From: a virus
Taxonomy: Duplodnaviria > Caudoviricetes
Length of the DNA stretch: 35,397 bases
Virus record (IMG/VR): IMGVR_UViG_3300001868_000021
Coordinates: 1-35,397 of that record
Strand: one strand, 5' to 3'
Shown here: piece after piece, positions 8,046 to 16,935 of the stretch
Layout of the letters: each line of letters opens with the position of its first letter
Numbering within the stretch: position 1 is the stretch's first letter
Notes under the pieces: model-generated
The model's input: the letters and a program-made list of their open reading frames with translations, nothing else
What the model was told of the DNA's origin: nothing
Database searches by the model: none
Translations under genes and position numbers: made by a program

Positions 8046-8600
8046 ATGAAATATAAAATTGGCGATACAGTAAAGTGCATTGATAGTGGTAAAGATTTTA
8101 AAAGCAATAACATAGTCCCACAAAAAGGAGAACTCTATAAAGTTGTAAAAGAAGATAATGCACTCGTTAACTACATGTTTGTACGAGATATCAACGGTAT
8201 ATGTTCTGATTCTGCTTGGAATGAAAATTTGTTCGAATTGGTAACTAATTGTAAATATGTATATATATTGCCTAACGAAGAACGTATATCAATGAAAGAT
8301 GCAAGAGCCTTGTTTGGACTTCCACCAGTTCAACCTAAACCAGAGTTAGGAAGTATGGCGGAAGTGTTAAAAAAGACGTGGGTAGCCGTTGTTGAACAAG
8401 GCGAAAAACAATATTTGTTTGAATGTGAAGACCTTGTTCTTGTCAGCGGTTCGATGGTTATTGTCAATACTAAAAACGGTTATCGTTCAGGAGTTGTTGA
8501 CAAATTAATACAGGTTGAAAAAGAAAGCCTAAAGGATATTGTCAAATTCTATGGTGCAACATTGCCACTAAGGAAAGTAGTGCTTACTTATAAAAAATAA
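8046..8600 (+). CDS. Hypothetical protein with KOW/SH3-like N-terminus
   Basis: MKYKIGDTV start; AAGGAG RBS. Confidence 0.65.
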   Translation: MKYKIGDTVKCIDSGKDFKSNNIVPQKGELYKVVKEDNALVNYMFVRDINGICSDSAWNENLFELVTNCKYVYILPNEERISMKDARALFGLPPVQPKPELGSMAEVLKKTWVAVVEQGEKQYLFECEDLVLVSGSMVIVNTKNGYRSGVVDKLIQVEKESLKDIVKFYGATLPLRKVVLTYKK

Positions 8601-8647
8601 TTGGTTAATGAATGCGGAAACGCAAAAGAAAGCAAAGGTAAATAATC

Positions 8648-9499
8648 ATGGAAAACACAACTAAATCACAGGTCGCAGCGCCTGCAGTACACAAGGCTAC
8701 AATCACCGAATACGTTCAATCTGATATTGATAAACTGATCTCTGAAAATGCGTTCTCGATTCCACAAGATTATGCGGTTGGTAATGCGATTCAATCTGCC
8801 TATCTGAATATCCTGACTGTTGTAGACAAAGATAAAAAGCCGGCATTGTCGGTATGCGAACAGAGTTCGATCGTATATGCAATTAAGAGCATGATCGTTC
8901 AAGGACTAAATGTTGATAAGAAGCAAGGATATTTCATTATCTATGGAAACCAACTTCAATTCCAACGTTCGTATTTTGGAACTCTGGCGGTGGCCAAACG
9001 GTTTGCCAATGTCGCCGATGTCATTCCGCAAGTAATTCTTAAAGGTGATGAAGTTGAAACCGAAATTATCAATGGGGAGGAACGCATTATCGAACATAAA
9101 CGCAAACGCAATTTTGATGCAACGATAACAGCGGATTCGATCATTGGCGCCTATTGCATTATTAAACTTAAAAACGGCGGTGTTCGTTGGGAAATCATGG
9201 ACAAAGGGCAAATTCAAGCTGCATGGAACAAATCTAAAACAGGTCAAGCGGTACATAAAGAGTTTCCTGATCAGATGGCAAAGAAAACAGTGATCGGCCG
9301 TGCCTTAAAACTCATTATAAATTCATCTGACGATACACCGTTATTGGTCAAAAACTTCATTGAGTCAGGCTATGTGGCTGACGATGAAGAAACGACCGAT
9401 CAGATTCAGATTCCCGAAACGGCATTCAGTCAAACGATCTCGCCGGAAGTAGTCGAAGAACCGAAACCTAAGTCAGAACCGTCACCGTTCGGTCTATGA
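8648..9499 (+). CDS. recT: RecT-family single-strand annealing recombinase
   Basis: QGLN..KKQGYFIIYGNQLQFQRSYFG, EFPDQMAKKTVI.RA. Confidence 0.92.
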   Translation: MENTTKSQVAAPAVHKATITEYVQSDIDKLISENAFSIPQDYAVGNAIQSAYLNILTVVDKDKKPALSVCEQSSIVYAIKSMIVQGLNVDKKQGYFIIYGNQLQFQRSYFGTLAVAKRFANVADVIPQVILKGDEVETEIINGEERIIEHKRKRNFDATITADSIIGAYCIIKLKNGGVRWEIMDKGQIQAAWNKSKTGQAVHKEFPDQMAKKTVIGRALKLIINSSDDTPLLVKNFIESGYVADDEETTDQIQIPETAFSQTISPEVVEEPKPKSEPSPFGL

Positions 9500-10227
9500 A
9501 ACTAACGGTATTTGGTTCATCGAGTTCAGGTAATGCCTATGCACTTGAATTTGAGAATGGCCAGATACTCTTACTGGAAGCCGGGATGCCTTACAAGTTG
9601 TTTGCTAAGGCGTTTCCCGGTCGATGGTCGGATGTACTCGGTTGCCTGATTACTCATGAGCATGGCGATCATTCTAAATACATCAATGAATATATCGACG
9701 CAGGACTTCATGTATTCGCATCTAAAGGCACTTATGAAAAACTCGGAATAACAACTCGATTCAAAATCAACGTGCTAACAGGTGGCTGTATTGTATCAAT
9801 GAAACCGAATGTACTCATCTATCCATTCGCCGTAAGTCATAACGCTGCGGAACCACTGGGGTTCATGATCACTGATTCAGTCTATCATGAAACACTCGTG
9901 TTCATTACCGACAGTGCCTACCTAGATTACAGATTCACTCATATCAATTACTACATGGTTGAGTGCAATTACATCGATAGTGTCGTGATGGAAAATAGAG
10001 TTAATGGCGGATATACAGCGCCGAAGTATCACATGAGTTTAGAAACGTGCAAAAAGTTTCTAGGCAAGTGCGAACATAACGATACAAAGAAGATTATCTT
10101 GATTCATCTATCAGACACGAATTCATATGAGCGAAGAATGGTCGAAGAAATTCAAGATTGTACAGGAATCTCGACGGTAGCAGCGGCATCAGGAATGGTC
10201 ATTGAATTGAATGGGAGTCCGTTCTGA
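9496..10227 (+). CDS. MBL-fold metallohydrolase (YycJ-like nuclease)
   Basis: GSSSSGNAY, THEHGDH, ECNY, HMS and IHLS motifs. Confidence 0.9.
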   Translation: MKLTVFGSSSSGNAYALEFENGQILLLEAGMPYKLFAKAFPGRWSDVLGCLITHEHGDHSKYINEYIDAGLHVFASKGTYEKLGITTRFKINVLTGGCIVSMKPNVLIYPFAVSHNAAEPLGFMITDSVYHETLVFITDSAYLDYRFTHINYYMVECNYIDSVVMENRVNGGYTAPKYHMSLETCKKFLGKCEHNDTKKIILIHLSDTNSYERRMVEEIQDCTGISTVAAASGMVIELNGSPF

Positions 10228-10607
10228 TGATTCAATTCGAAATACTCGGTCGTCCCGTTGCTAAAGGTCGGCCGAGAGTAACTCGGAATCATACCTATAC
10301 ACCGCAGAAAACAGTCACCTATGAGAATCTAGTCCGGTACTCGTACTTAGAAAAATATCTCGGTGCCGATCTATTGACTGGACCCTTAGAGATTGAATTG
10401 ATTTTCTTCTTCATACGACCTAAATCATCTAAACGCATAGTGCCAACTGTTAAACCTGATCTTGATAACCTAATAAAGTGTGTGACTGATGGTTTGAATA
10501 AATTAGCGTATGCAGACGATAGTCAGATTATCAAAATCACAGCGTCGAAAGTATACGATATGGTGGACAAAACGGTGGTAAATATCAAAGAAATATGGAA
10601 GGAGTAA
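10227..10607 (+). CDS. rusA: RusA-family Holliday junction resolvase
   Basis: KGRPR, KPDLDNLIK..DGLN..AYADDSQI. Confidence 0.93.
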   Translation: MIQFEILGRPVAKGRPRVTRNHTYTPQKTVTYENLVRYSYLEKYLGADLLTGPLEIELIFFFIRPKSSKRIVPTVKPDLDNLIKCVTDGLNKLAYADDSQIIKITASKVYDMVDKTVVNIKEIWKE

Positions 10608-10613
10608 GTTTTT

Positions 10614-11399
10614 ATGAGATATATTAAGTTGTTTGAAAGCATTGAAAAGTGGGAATGGTACACCAATCAAAATACAAAATCTGTGTTTCTGCACTGTCTT
10701 ATAAAGGCAAGTTGGAATGACTTTGTATGGAAGGGAATGGATATAAAAAAAGGTTCATTTCCAACAAGTTATAAGAAATTAGCACTTGAATTAGGTCTCA
10801 CAGAATCGAAGGTGAAATCTTCCATTTCTCACTTGATTTTGACAGGCGAATTGACAAAGAAAGTGACAAACGATAAAACTGTAATAACCGTTATAAACTG
10901 GGCGAAATATCAATGTACTGATAGTGACGTTAGCAAGGACAATGACAAGCAAGTTGACGGCGAAATCTCTTCGGAATCTTTTGAAAATCGCCGCGAAATC
11001 GCAACTACCAAGAAGTATAGAACTAAAGAAGTAAAGAATAAAGATTTAATACTGAGGGTTGGAAGTGTCTTTGAATCATATTCAAATGGCAATAATGAAC
11101 TACTCACAGCTCTTACTAATTTTGATGAGATGAGAAAGGCGATCAAAAAGCCAATGACCGACAAAGCACGTCAAATGGTCTGTACCGGAATTGATGGACT
11201 GATTGCAAAAGGTGAGAGTCCGATCGACTGTATCAACCAAAGTATTATGAATAATTGGTTGACCGTCTATCCGATGTCAAAGAAACAAAAACGGAATGAT
11301 CGTGAAGATGTGCTACCAGTCTATGAAGATAAGACGACAGTATCAGACGAAGAAAAAGAGAAACTGAAAGAACGCATAAAAGCGCTAAAAGGAAAATAA
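10614..11399 (+). CDS. Phage replication initiation protein
   Basis: YIKL...WEWY....VFLHCLIKA..G..TS...LA.E wHTH; ITVINWAKYQ; internal iteron-like repeats. Confidence 0.82.
   Translation: MRYIKLFESIEKWEWYTNQNTKSVFLHCLIKASWNDFVWKGMDIKKGSFPTSYKKLALELGLTESKVKSSISHLILTGELTKKVTNDKTVITVINWAKYQCTDSDVSKDNDKQVDGEISSESFENRREIATTKKYRTKEVKNKDLILRVGSVFESYSNGNNELLTALTNFDEMRKAIKKPMTDKARQMVCTGIDGLIAKGESPIDCINQSIMNNWLTVYPMSKKQKRNDREDVLPVYEDKTTVSDEEKEKLKERIKALKGK
10839..11000 (+). repeat. Iteron-like repeats, putative replication origin
   Basis: NTGAC at 12-bp period (10839, 10851, 10863; 10942, 10954) and GCGAAAT three times (about 10902, 10960, 10993). Confidence 0.55.
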
Positions 11400-11813
11400 A
11401 TGAGAATTATAAAGTTTAGGGCATGGGATATATTATCAAAAAGTATGGTTGGTGAAGATTATTTGTGGTCAATTCCATATAACGAAATATTTATTCATAC
11501 ACCTGATTCAAGATGTATCGAGTTAATGCAATTCACAGGACTACATGATAAGAACGGTAAAGAGATTTACGAAGGGGATATATTGAGAATGCCAGCAAAA
11601 ACAGAGTGGGAGAAAACTTCATTTAACTCGTTTGAAATATTCTATCACGATAATGATTGTTCACCAACTGACTGTGGATTAGTTCTTGGCAGATTAAGAA
11701 CACACGGCAATAGTGCAGGCGGGTATAGCGGATATAAACTAATTCCCAAGAATGTTAGCGTTATGGAAGTCATCGGCAACATCTATGAGAATCCAGAGTT
11801 GCTAAAATGGTAA
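11400..11813 (+). CDS. YopX-family protein
   Basis: IKFRAWD, LMQFTGLHDKNGKEIYEGDI, EVIGNIYENPELL. Confidence 0.93.
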   Translation: MRIIKFRAWDILSKSMVGEDYLWSIPYNEIFIHTPDSRCIELMQFTGLHDKNGKEIYEGDILRMPAKTEWEKTSFNSFEIFYHDNDCSPTDCGLVLGRLRTHGNSAGGYSGYKLIPKNVSVMEVIGNIYENPELLKW

Positions 11814-12355
11814 TTACTGATAGTTGTAGGGTTCGCTTGTTTCAACAAGAGTTCAGAGATATATGCAAGGCTAATAAAATCACAATAACTAAAATATCAT
11901 CAAATTGTGACGTTCCATTTTTTAGAATTACAAGTGCAGTTTCTAAACGAAAGAATTATCTAACAATTGCAGAAGTAAAAAGAATTGCTAAATTACTAAA
12001 TGCAGATTATAAAAAATTCTGCGATGTAAAAAATGTCGAAGAAGAATGGGAATCCAAAATGAAATTAGTCATTGAAAAAGAGCCGGAAGAAGTCAAACCA
12101 TTAGTAAATCTGGTCGAGATCGTAAAGTTCCAAAAGAACCGTGATAGCAACTTAATCAATTGGGTATCACTTCCACGCATCGAACGTGATTCGAATCATC
12201 TGTATGCACTCGACAGACTCGGTATGAATCGCAAGGTCGCAGAAATTAACAAAACTGGAATAGTTATCTACTTGAATGAATATGTTGCGCACAGTGGCTT
12301 AAACAAAGCGGTGCAAGATGTTAAAAAACAATATCGAGATCAAAATGGAAGATAA
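11807..12355 (+). CDS. Hypothetical protein, possible N-terminal HTH
   Basis: XRE-like helical pattern (ITKISSNCDV...LTIAEVKRIAKLL). Confidence 0.55.
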   Translation: MVITDSCRVRLFQQEFRDICKANKITITKISSNCDVPFFRITSAVSKRKNYLTIAEVKRIAKLLNADYKKFCDVKNVEEEWESKMKLVIEKEPEEVKPLVNLVEIVKFQKNRDSNLINWVSLPRIERDSNHLYALDRLGMNRKVAEINKTGIVIYLNEYVAHSGLNKAVQDVKKQYRDQNGR

Positions 12356-13136
12356 ATATGAGAAGTTAAAAAACGATCGAGATATTAAGTGTGAGTTATT
12401 CAACGATCACTTTCAGAATTACAAAAGTTATGCCATACCAAAGGCGCAACTTGTTATCGCAGATATTCCATACAACTTAGGTAACAATGCTTATGCGTCA
12501 AGTCTTGAATGGTATGTTGACGGTGATAATAAAAACGGTGCGTCAGACAAAGCCGGTAAATCGTTCTTCGATACTGATGAAGATTTCAGAATTGCGGAGT
12601 TCATGCACTTCTGCTCATCAATGCTCATTAAAGAGCCGAAGGAAACGGGAAAGGCGCCCGCTATGATCGTGTTCTGTGCCTTTCAACAAATGACAATGGT
12701 CATTGAATATGCTAAAAAATACGGGTTCAACAATTACTATCCGTTAGTGTTCATAAAAAAGTCGAGTTCGCAAGTGTTGAAAGCAAACATGAAGATCGTT
12801 GGCGCTACTGAATATGCCTTAGTGCTATATCGTGATAAGTTACCAAAGTTCAACAATGACGGGCGCATGGTGATGAATTGGTTTGACTGGGAAGTAGATA
12901 ACAGTTACCCAAAGTTACACCCAACACAAAAGCCGATTCCGGTATTGAAAAAGTTGATCGGAATATTCACTGATTACGGTGATGTAGTGATCGACCCAGT
13001 GGCGGGTAGCGGTTCAACACTAAGGGCAGCCGCAGAAATGAATCGTAGCAGTTATGGGTTTGAGATCAAGAAAGATTTTTATAAGAGTGCTAAAGAAAGA
13101 ATGTTAAGTGATGTGGCGATCACATTGAAAATATGA
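12318..13136 (+). CDS. Orphan N6A/N4C DNA methyltransferase (beta-type motif order)
   Basis: DIPY catalytic motif, HPTQKP, DPVAGSGST SAM motif, GFEI; start may be 12345. Confidence 0.92.
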   Translation: MLKNNIEIKMEDKYEKLKNDRDIKCELFNDHFQNYKSYAIPKAQLVIADIPYNLGNNAYASSLEWYVDGDNKNGASDKAGKSFFDTDEDFRIAEFMHFCSSMLIKEPKETGKAPAMIVFCAFQQMTMVIEYAKKYGFNNYYPLVFIKKSSSQVLKANMKIVGATEYALVLYRDKLPKFNNDGRMVMNWFDWEVDNSYPKLHPTQKPIPVLKKLIGIFTDYGDVVIDPVAGSGSTLRAAAEMNRSSYGFEIKKDFYKSAKERMLSDVAITLKI

Positions 13137-13465
13137 ACAACAAACTGACAATTGAAGAAGTGTTCAACTTTCTTGAAGAGAACTACCCGATGTGCGAATG
13201 GAAACTCGTTCCTACACCTTGGTCGAAAGGGAAAATGATTTCATGGGTACCTGAAAAGAGATTCATAGTTCAGGTAACACTCGACCACTATGGTATGAAG
13301 GATAATCACAAACAGTATATCGGCATTGGTGTAGTAGATAATCGAAATAAAAGTGGTAAAGGAATACCGTGTAATGATTTTGAAATCTTTTCTACAAATA
13401 TTAAAAAAATAATCATAGGTTACAAACCAGTATTATTTGAAGAAGTACAGTTATGTTTATTTTAA
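13133..13465 (+). CDS. Hypothetical protein
   Basis: ATGA-coupled; ends in QLCLF, resembling a beta-clamp-binding motif. Confidence 0.65.
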   Translation: MNNKLTIEEVFNFLEENYPMCEWKLVPTPWSKGKMISWVPEKRFIVQVTLDHYGMKDNHKQYIGIGVVDNRNKSGKGIPCNDFEIFSTNIKKIIIGYKPVLFEEVQLCLF

Positions 13466-13493
13466 CCAAAGAAAGTGAGAGTGTAAAAACAAA

Positions 13494-13661
13494 ATGACAC
13501 CAAATAAAAGCCAATTAACAGAATATCTGAATAATGAAATCAGCGATTGCGGTGAGCGAATTAATGAAAGCACGTGGCCGATCGAAATTGATTCCGCTAA
13601 AAGAGAACGAGAATATCTCGAAGAATTGTTAGTGATTGTAGAGGCTTCTGACCATGATTAA
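13494..13661 (+). CDS. Hypothetical protein (55 aa; not in ORF track)
   Basis: MTPNKSQLTEYL...VEASDHD*; fills the gap and overlaps the next start. Confidence 0.55.
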   Translation: MTPNKSQLTEYLNNEISDCGERINESTWPIEIDSAKREREYLEELLVIVEASDHD

Positions 13662-14007
13662 AACAGGATATAAACTGTATGCGTCATTTCCAAAAGTAGC
13701 GCAAGGAAAAACGATCTTCAAGGTCCGTGACTATGATTCGAATGATAAAGAGCATAAGCGGTATGTGACGATTATGGCCAATAATCAGGTTGAAGTGAAC
13801 GATCAGGACAAAGTTACGATTTCAAACATCGTCGGAATATCGACCAATGAATACAATGGTAAAATCGGTGTGACCGTGTATTGTGATGTTGAAGTGTTAG
13901 AACGAGTAAAAAAGGTAGAAAACGTGCCGTCACCATTGCCGGACATCGCCGATCAATTCGATACAGGACCGTTGCTAGATTTAGAAGACGACGGGTTGAA
14001 CTGGTAA
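13654..14007 (+). CDS. Putative divergent single-stranded DNA-binding protein
   Basis: Beta-rich ~85 aa core (EYNGK), Pro-rich linker, acidic tail LDLEDDGLNW. Confidence 0.55.
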   Translation: MIKTGYKLYASFPKVAQGKTIFKVRDYDSNDKEHKRYVTIMANNQVEVNDQDKVTISNIVGISTNEYNGKIGVTVYCDVEVLERVKKVENVPSPLPDIADQFDTGPLLDLEDDGLNW

Positions 14008-14012
14008 GCAAA

Positions 14013-14174
14013 ATGATAAAGAAAATAAAAGTGCGCCTTGTAGCGACAAACCAGCGGTATCTTATCTACAACGATAAGAAGGATATCGAAGCCTTGCGTG
14101 AGGTGGTCAATTTATTGATAGTTAAAGTCAACGAGTTGATCGATGCGGTAAACAAAGAGGAAACAAAGAAATGA
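14013..14174 (+). CDS. Hypothetical protein (53 aa; not in ORF track)
   Basis: MIKKIKV...KVNELIDAVNKEETKK*; ATGA-coupled to the HAD gene. Confidence 0.55.
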   Translation: MIKKIKVRLVATNQRYLIYNDKKDIEALREVVNLLIVKVNELIDAVNKEETKK

Positions 14175-14548
14175 ATAAACCAATCGTCTACTCAATTGAC
14201 TTTGACGGAACACTGGCCGTCACAGATTACCCGACAATTATTAAACCAATCACTATGGTTATTGACTTCTGTAAGCAACTAAAACAGAATGGCGACCTGT
14301 TGATTCTAAATACTTGTAGAACTGGTGAACATCTTGAATCGGCAGTCAAGTGGTGCGCAGATCAAGGACTGACATTCGATGCCGTCAATGAAAATCTGCT
14401 AAGTAGAATCATTGAGTTTGGCGGTGATTGTAGGAAGATAAGTGCAGACTATTACATCGACGATCGGAATATTCATCCTGAACGACTTTATTATACAGAC
14501 CAAATAGACGAGATAAACATTTGCTGGTGGAGGGCAATAAAGAAATGA
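14171..14548 (+). CDS. HAD-superfamily hydrolase (minimal, capless)
   Basis: DFDGT motif I, TCR motif II, K..ADYYIDD motifs III/IV. Confidence 0.88.
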   Translation: MNKPIVYSIDFDGTLAVTDYPTIIKPITMVIDFCKQLKQNGDLLILNTCRTGEHLESAVKWCADQGLTFDAVNENLLSRIIEFGGDCRKISADYYIDDRNIHPERLYYTDQIDEINICWWRAIKK

Positions 14549-14934
14549 ACGGCATGACAAAGGAACAAGCGATTATTGATTACGAATATTTTATCACCAC
14601 TCAAAGTGAAATGGGATATTCTTCAGACGAATATACAGAACGAGAATTCAAATTAATTTGGCTATCCGATAATTTGTTTGATATTACGACCTATGATGAT
14701 GATATTAGCTTAACATTCGGCAAAGAATTATTTGAAGTAATAAAAGTAATTATTGATAGGACATGGAATAAATATATCAAAGATGAATCAAATTATATTA
14801 AATTCATCAGATGTGCAAACTTGCTTGATAAAGGAAACTATATTGAGTGGGGAACATCAATTCGTAGTTGTTGGTTCAATGATGTTGAATTCTTCAAATG
14901 GTTAGTCAATGAATTTATAGGTGAAGGAAAATGA
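14545..14934 (+). CDS. Hypothetical phage protein
   Basis: FDITTYD and EWGTSIR..W motifs; ATGA-coupled at both ends. Confidence 0.7.
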   Translation: MNGMTKEQAIIDYEYFITTQSEMGYSSDEYTEREFKLIWLSDNLFDITTYDDDISLTFGKELFEVIKVIIDRTWNKYIKDESNYIKFIRCANLLDKGNYIEWGTSIRSCWFNDVEFFKWLVNEFIGEGK

Positions 14935-15449
14935 TAAAACAACTAAAAGGAAGTAGACCAATGCCTGAACTAGATGACAACGGAAATGATTTACACACGT
15001 ATTCTGTATTTACTGAAGATGGGAAGATATTAAAAAATGTATCGCAAGAAGAAGCGTTCGGAAAATTAAACGAACTTCACACGAACAACATGAATAGTTC
15101 AGGTAAAGTGCGTACGGCTTCATCGGGTGCCGTCAGAGATAACGCAGATGATAAACCATTGATGGAGTTATTACCGCTCGACCTACTCATGCGAGTGTCG
15201 GCATGGTATACACTGGGTGCCAAGAAGTACGGTGATAACAACTGGTTAAAAGGGCAACCGCAATCATGGTGCGTCGGTTCAATACTTCGTCACTTGACTA
15301 AGTATTGTATGGGAATGAGAGATGAAGACCACTTATCTGCGATCGTGTTCAATGCTCTAAGCATAATGAATGTTGATGAGCATTTCAAAGATGATCCAGA
15401 ACTCTACAATGCGAATCCAAGAGAATCGGTAAAGGATAACACCGTATGA
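14931..15449 (+). CDS. DUF5664 / dATP-dGTP diphosphohydrolase domain protein
   Basis: SGAVRD...K..MELLP, GAKKYGDNNWLKG, SILRHL, DEDHLSAIVFNA. Confidence 0.85.
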   Translation: MIKQLKGSRPMPELDDNGNDLHTYSVFTEDGKILKNVSQEEAFGKLNELHTNNMNSSGKVRTASSGAVRDNADDKPLMELLPLDLLMRVSAWYTLGAKKYGDNNWLKGQPQSWCVGSILRHLTKYCMGMRDEDHLSAIVFNALSIMNVDEHFKDDPELYNANPRESVKDNTV

Positions 15450-15886
15450 ACGCTGAACAGCTTAAAAACTATCTGATGTTGTACCGATTCAACGTCGAGC
15501 AGGTGAAAGAAATTGATGATAAAATACTGGAGTTGGAAACAAGGCAATATGGTCCACAAGGTGGGAGTATTATCAAGATGCCAGACGGAACACCGCCGGA
15601 ACGTGGATCTGTTATCAGAGCCGGTATGGACCGTATCGATGAGTTGAAGAAAGATGAGGACTATGTAATAGGAAAATATCAGATTGCAAAGTGTGATCGG
15701 TTTGTCGGAACTTTAGACGGTATTGAAAAAAAGATGGTTATTGACAAGTTTATTAAAGGTGATAAGTATGAACGAATGAACTATAAAGAGTTGGAAGAAA
15801 AGTATTATTGCAATAATGCACAGATGTGGCGGACTATTCAACATTTGATTGATGTTCATATCAAATTTATCAATCATTACGAATGA
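15446..15886 (+). CDS. Putative late transcriptional activator (ArpU/RinA-like)
   Basis: Last early gene; LKNYL..Y, coiled coil, C-terminal sigma4-like HTH; assigned largely by position. Confidence 0.62.
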   Translation: MNAEQLKNYLMLYRFNVEQVKEIDDKILELETRQYGPQGGSIIKMPDGTPPERGSVIRAGMDRIDELKKDEDYVIGKYQIAKCDRFVGTLDGIEKKMVIDKFIKGDKYERMNYKELEEKYYCNNAQMWRTIQHLIDVHIKFINHYE

Positions 15887-15991
15887 TATACATATCACTA
15901 AAAATCATGTTAATGTTGTAGTATAAATTAGACAGAGTTAGAAAGCAATTCTACTGTCAAAGCCGTGAAAGTCGGCTTCAAATTAATTCTT

Positions 15992-16018
15992 AAGACACTT
16001 AACGGTGTCTTTTTATTT
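15992..16018 (+). terminator. Intrinsic terminator
   Basis: AAGACAC-TTAACG-GTGTCTT-TTTATTT. Confidence 0.65.
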
Positions 16019-16049
16019 GTTAGGGTGTAATCACTAAAGGAGATTAGCA

Positions 16050-16862
16050 ATGCCAGACGGACTCAAAGTAATCAAAGTAGAGTTGCCTTATTTCAAAGAC
16101 ATTGAGGTGTATCCATTCGCTGATTTTCATATCGGCGATGCATTCACGAATGAAATCATTATCAAGAATGCTGTTGATTACATACTGGCAGAACCGAATC
16201 GATTCGTGATTCTCAATGGTGACTTATGCAATACGGCATTGGCACAATCCGTCAGTGACAGTTATGCGGAGAAATACACACCGACTGAACAGATCAAGCA
16301 TACAGCAAACATTCTAAAGCCATTGTCAAAGGCGGGAAGAATCCTATCCATGACAGGTGGCAATCACGAAGATCGTGTCTACAAAGCCACAGGGTTAGAT
16401 ATGAGCGCCTTTCTCGCACAAGAGATGGGAATACTCGATCGCTATGCAGACAACAGTTACATACTGTTCGTTAAGTTTGGAAGAAGTATTCATGCTGACT
16501 CAATCAATTCTAAAACCAAAAGGAATGTATATAGTTTCTTTTGTCGACATGGTTCCGGTGGTGGTAAAAAGATGGGTGGCAAAGCCAACAACGTGCAGTC
16601 AATGCAAGAAACAGTTGATGCTGATGTCTATGTCATGAGTCATGTCCATACACCAATGATCTTCTCTGACAGCACATTCAAATGTGATTATCAGAACATG
16701 ACCGTATCGAAACGCGATCGGTTCTTTCTCATCAGTAACGCATGGCAAGAGGTTGGCGGATATGGATTGAAACAAGGATTCACACCGGCAAGTAATAAGA
16801 TGTCGTATGTAGTCTTGAATGGCAATGGACGTAAGGACATACGAGGTCGCTTGGGAATCTGA
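16050..16862 (+). CDS. Calcineurin-like metallophosphoesterase
   Basis: DFHIG, GDL, GNHE, HG and SHVH metal-binding motifs; AAGGAG RBS. Confidence 0.9.
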   Translation: MPDGLKVIKVELPYFKDIEVYPFADFHIGDAFTNEIIIKNAVDYILAEPNRFVILNGDLCNTALAQSVSDSYAEKYTPTEQIKHTANILKPLSKAGRILSMTGGNHEDRVYKATGLDMSAFLAQEMGILDRYADNSYILFVKFGRSIHADSINSKTKRNVYSFFCRHGSGGGKKMGGKANNVQSMQETVDADVYVMSHVHTPMIFSDSTFKCDYQNMTVSKRDRFFLISNAWQEVGGYGLKQGFTPASNKMSYVVLNGNGRKDIRGRLGI

Positions 16863-16935
16863 TTTCCCTATACTAAGTATTAAGTATTAATAAGTGTTTA
16901 TGTATATTAAGTAATAGAGAAAGGGTTAAGTACCT

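Noticed and set aside
8613-8624. TGCG-GAAA-CGCA mini-hairpin before recT as a boxB-like site
   Set aside because: Only a 4-bp stem, with no boxA and no N-like gene identified.
9496-10227. Anti-Pycsar Apyc1 identity for the MBL protein
   Set aside because: The GSSSSGN/ECNY motifs and the position between recT and rusA fit the common YycJ-like recombination nuclease better.
12318-13136. Complete restriction-modification system
   Set aside because: No adjacent endonuclease motif; orphan MTases are common at this position.
14931-15449. Z-genome (2-aminoadenine) pathway
   Set aside because: No PurZ or phage DNA polymerase is recognisable in the window.
15931-16018. Known riboswitch (e.g. c-di-GMP)
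   Set aside because: I could not match the consensus nucleotides of any class I know; kept only as an unassigned structured leader.
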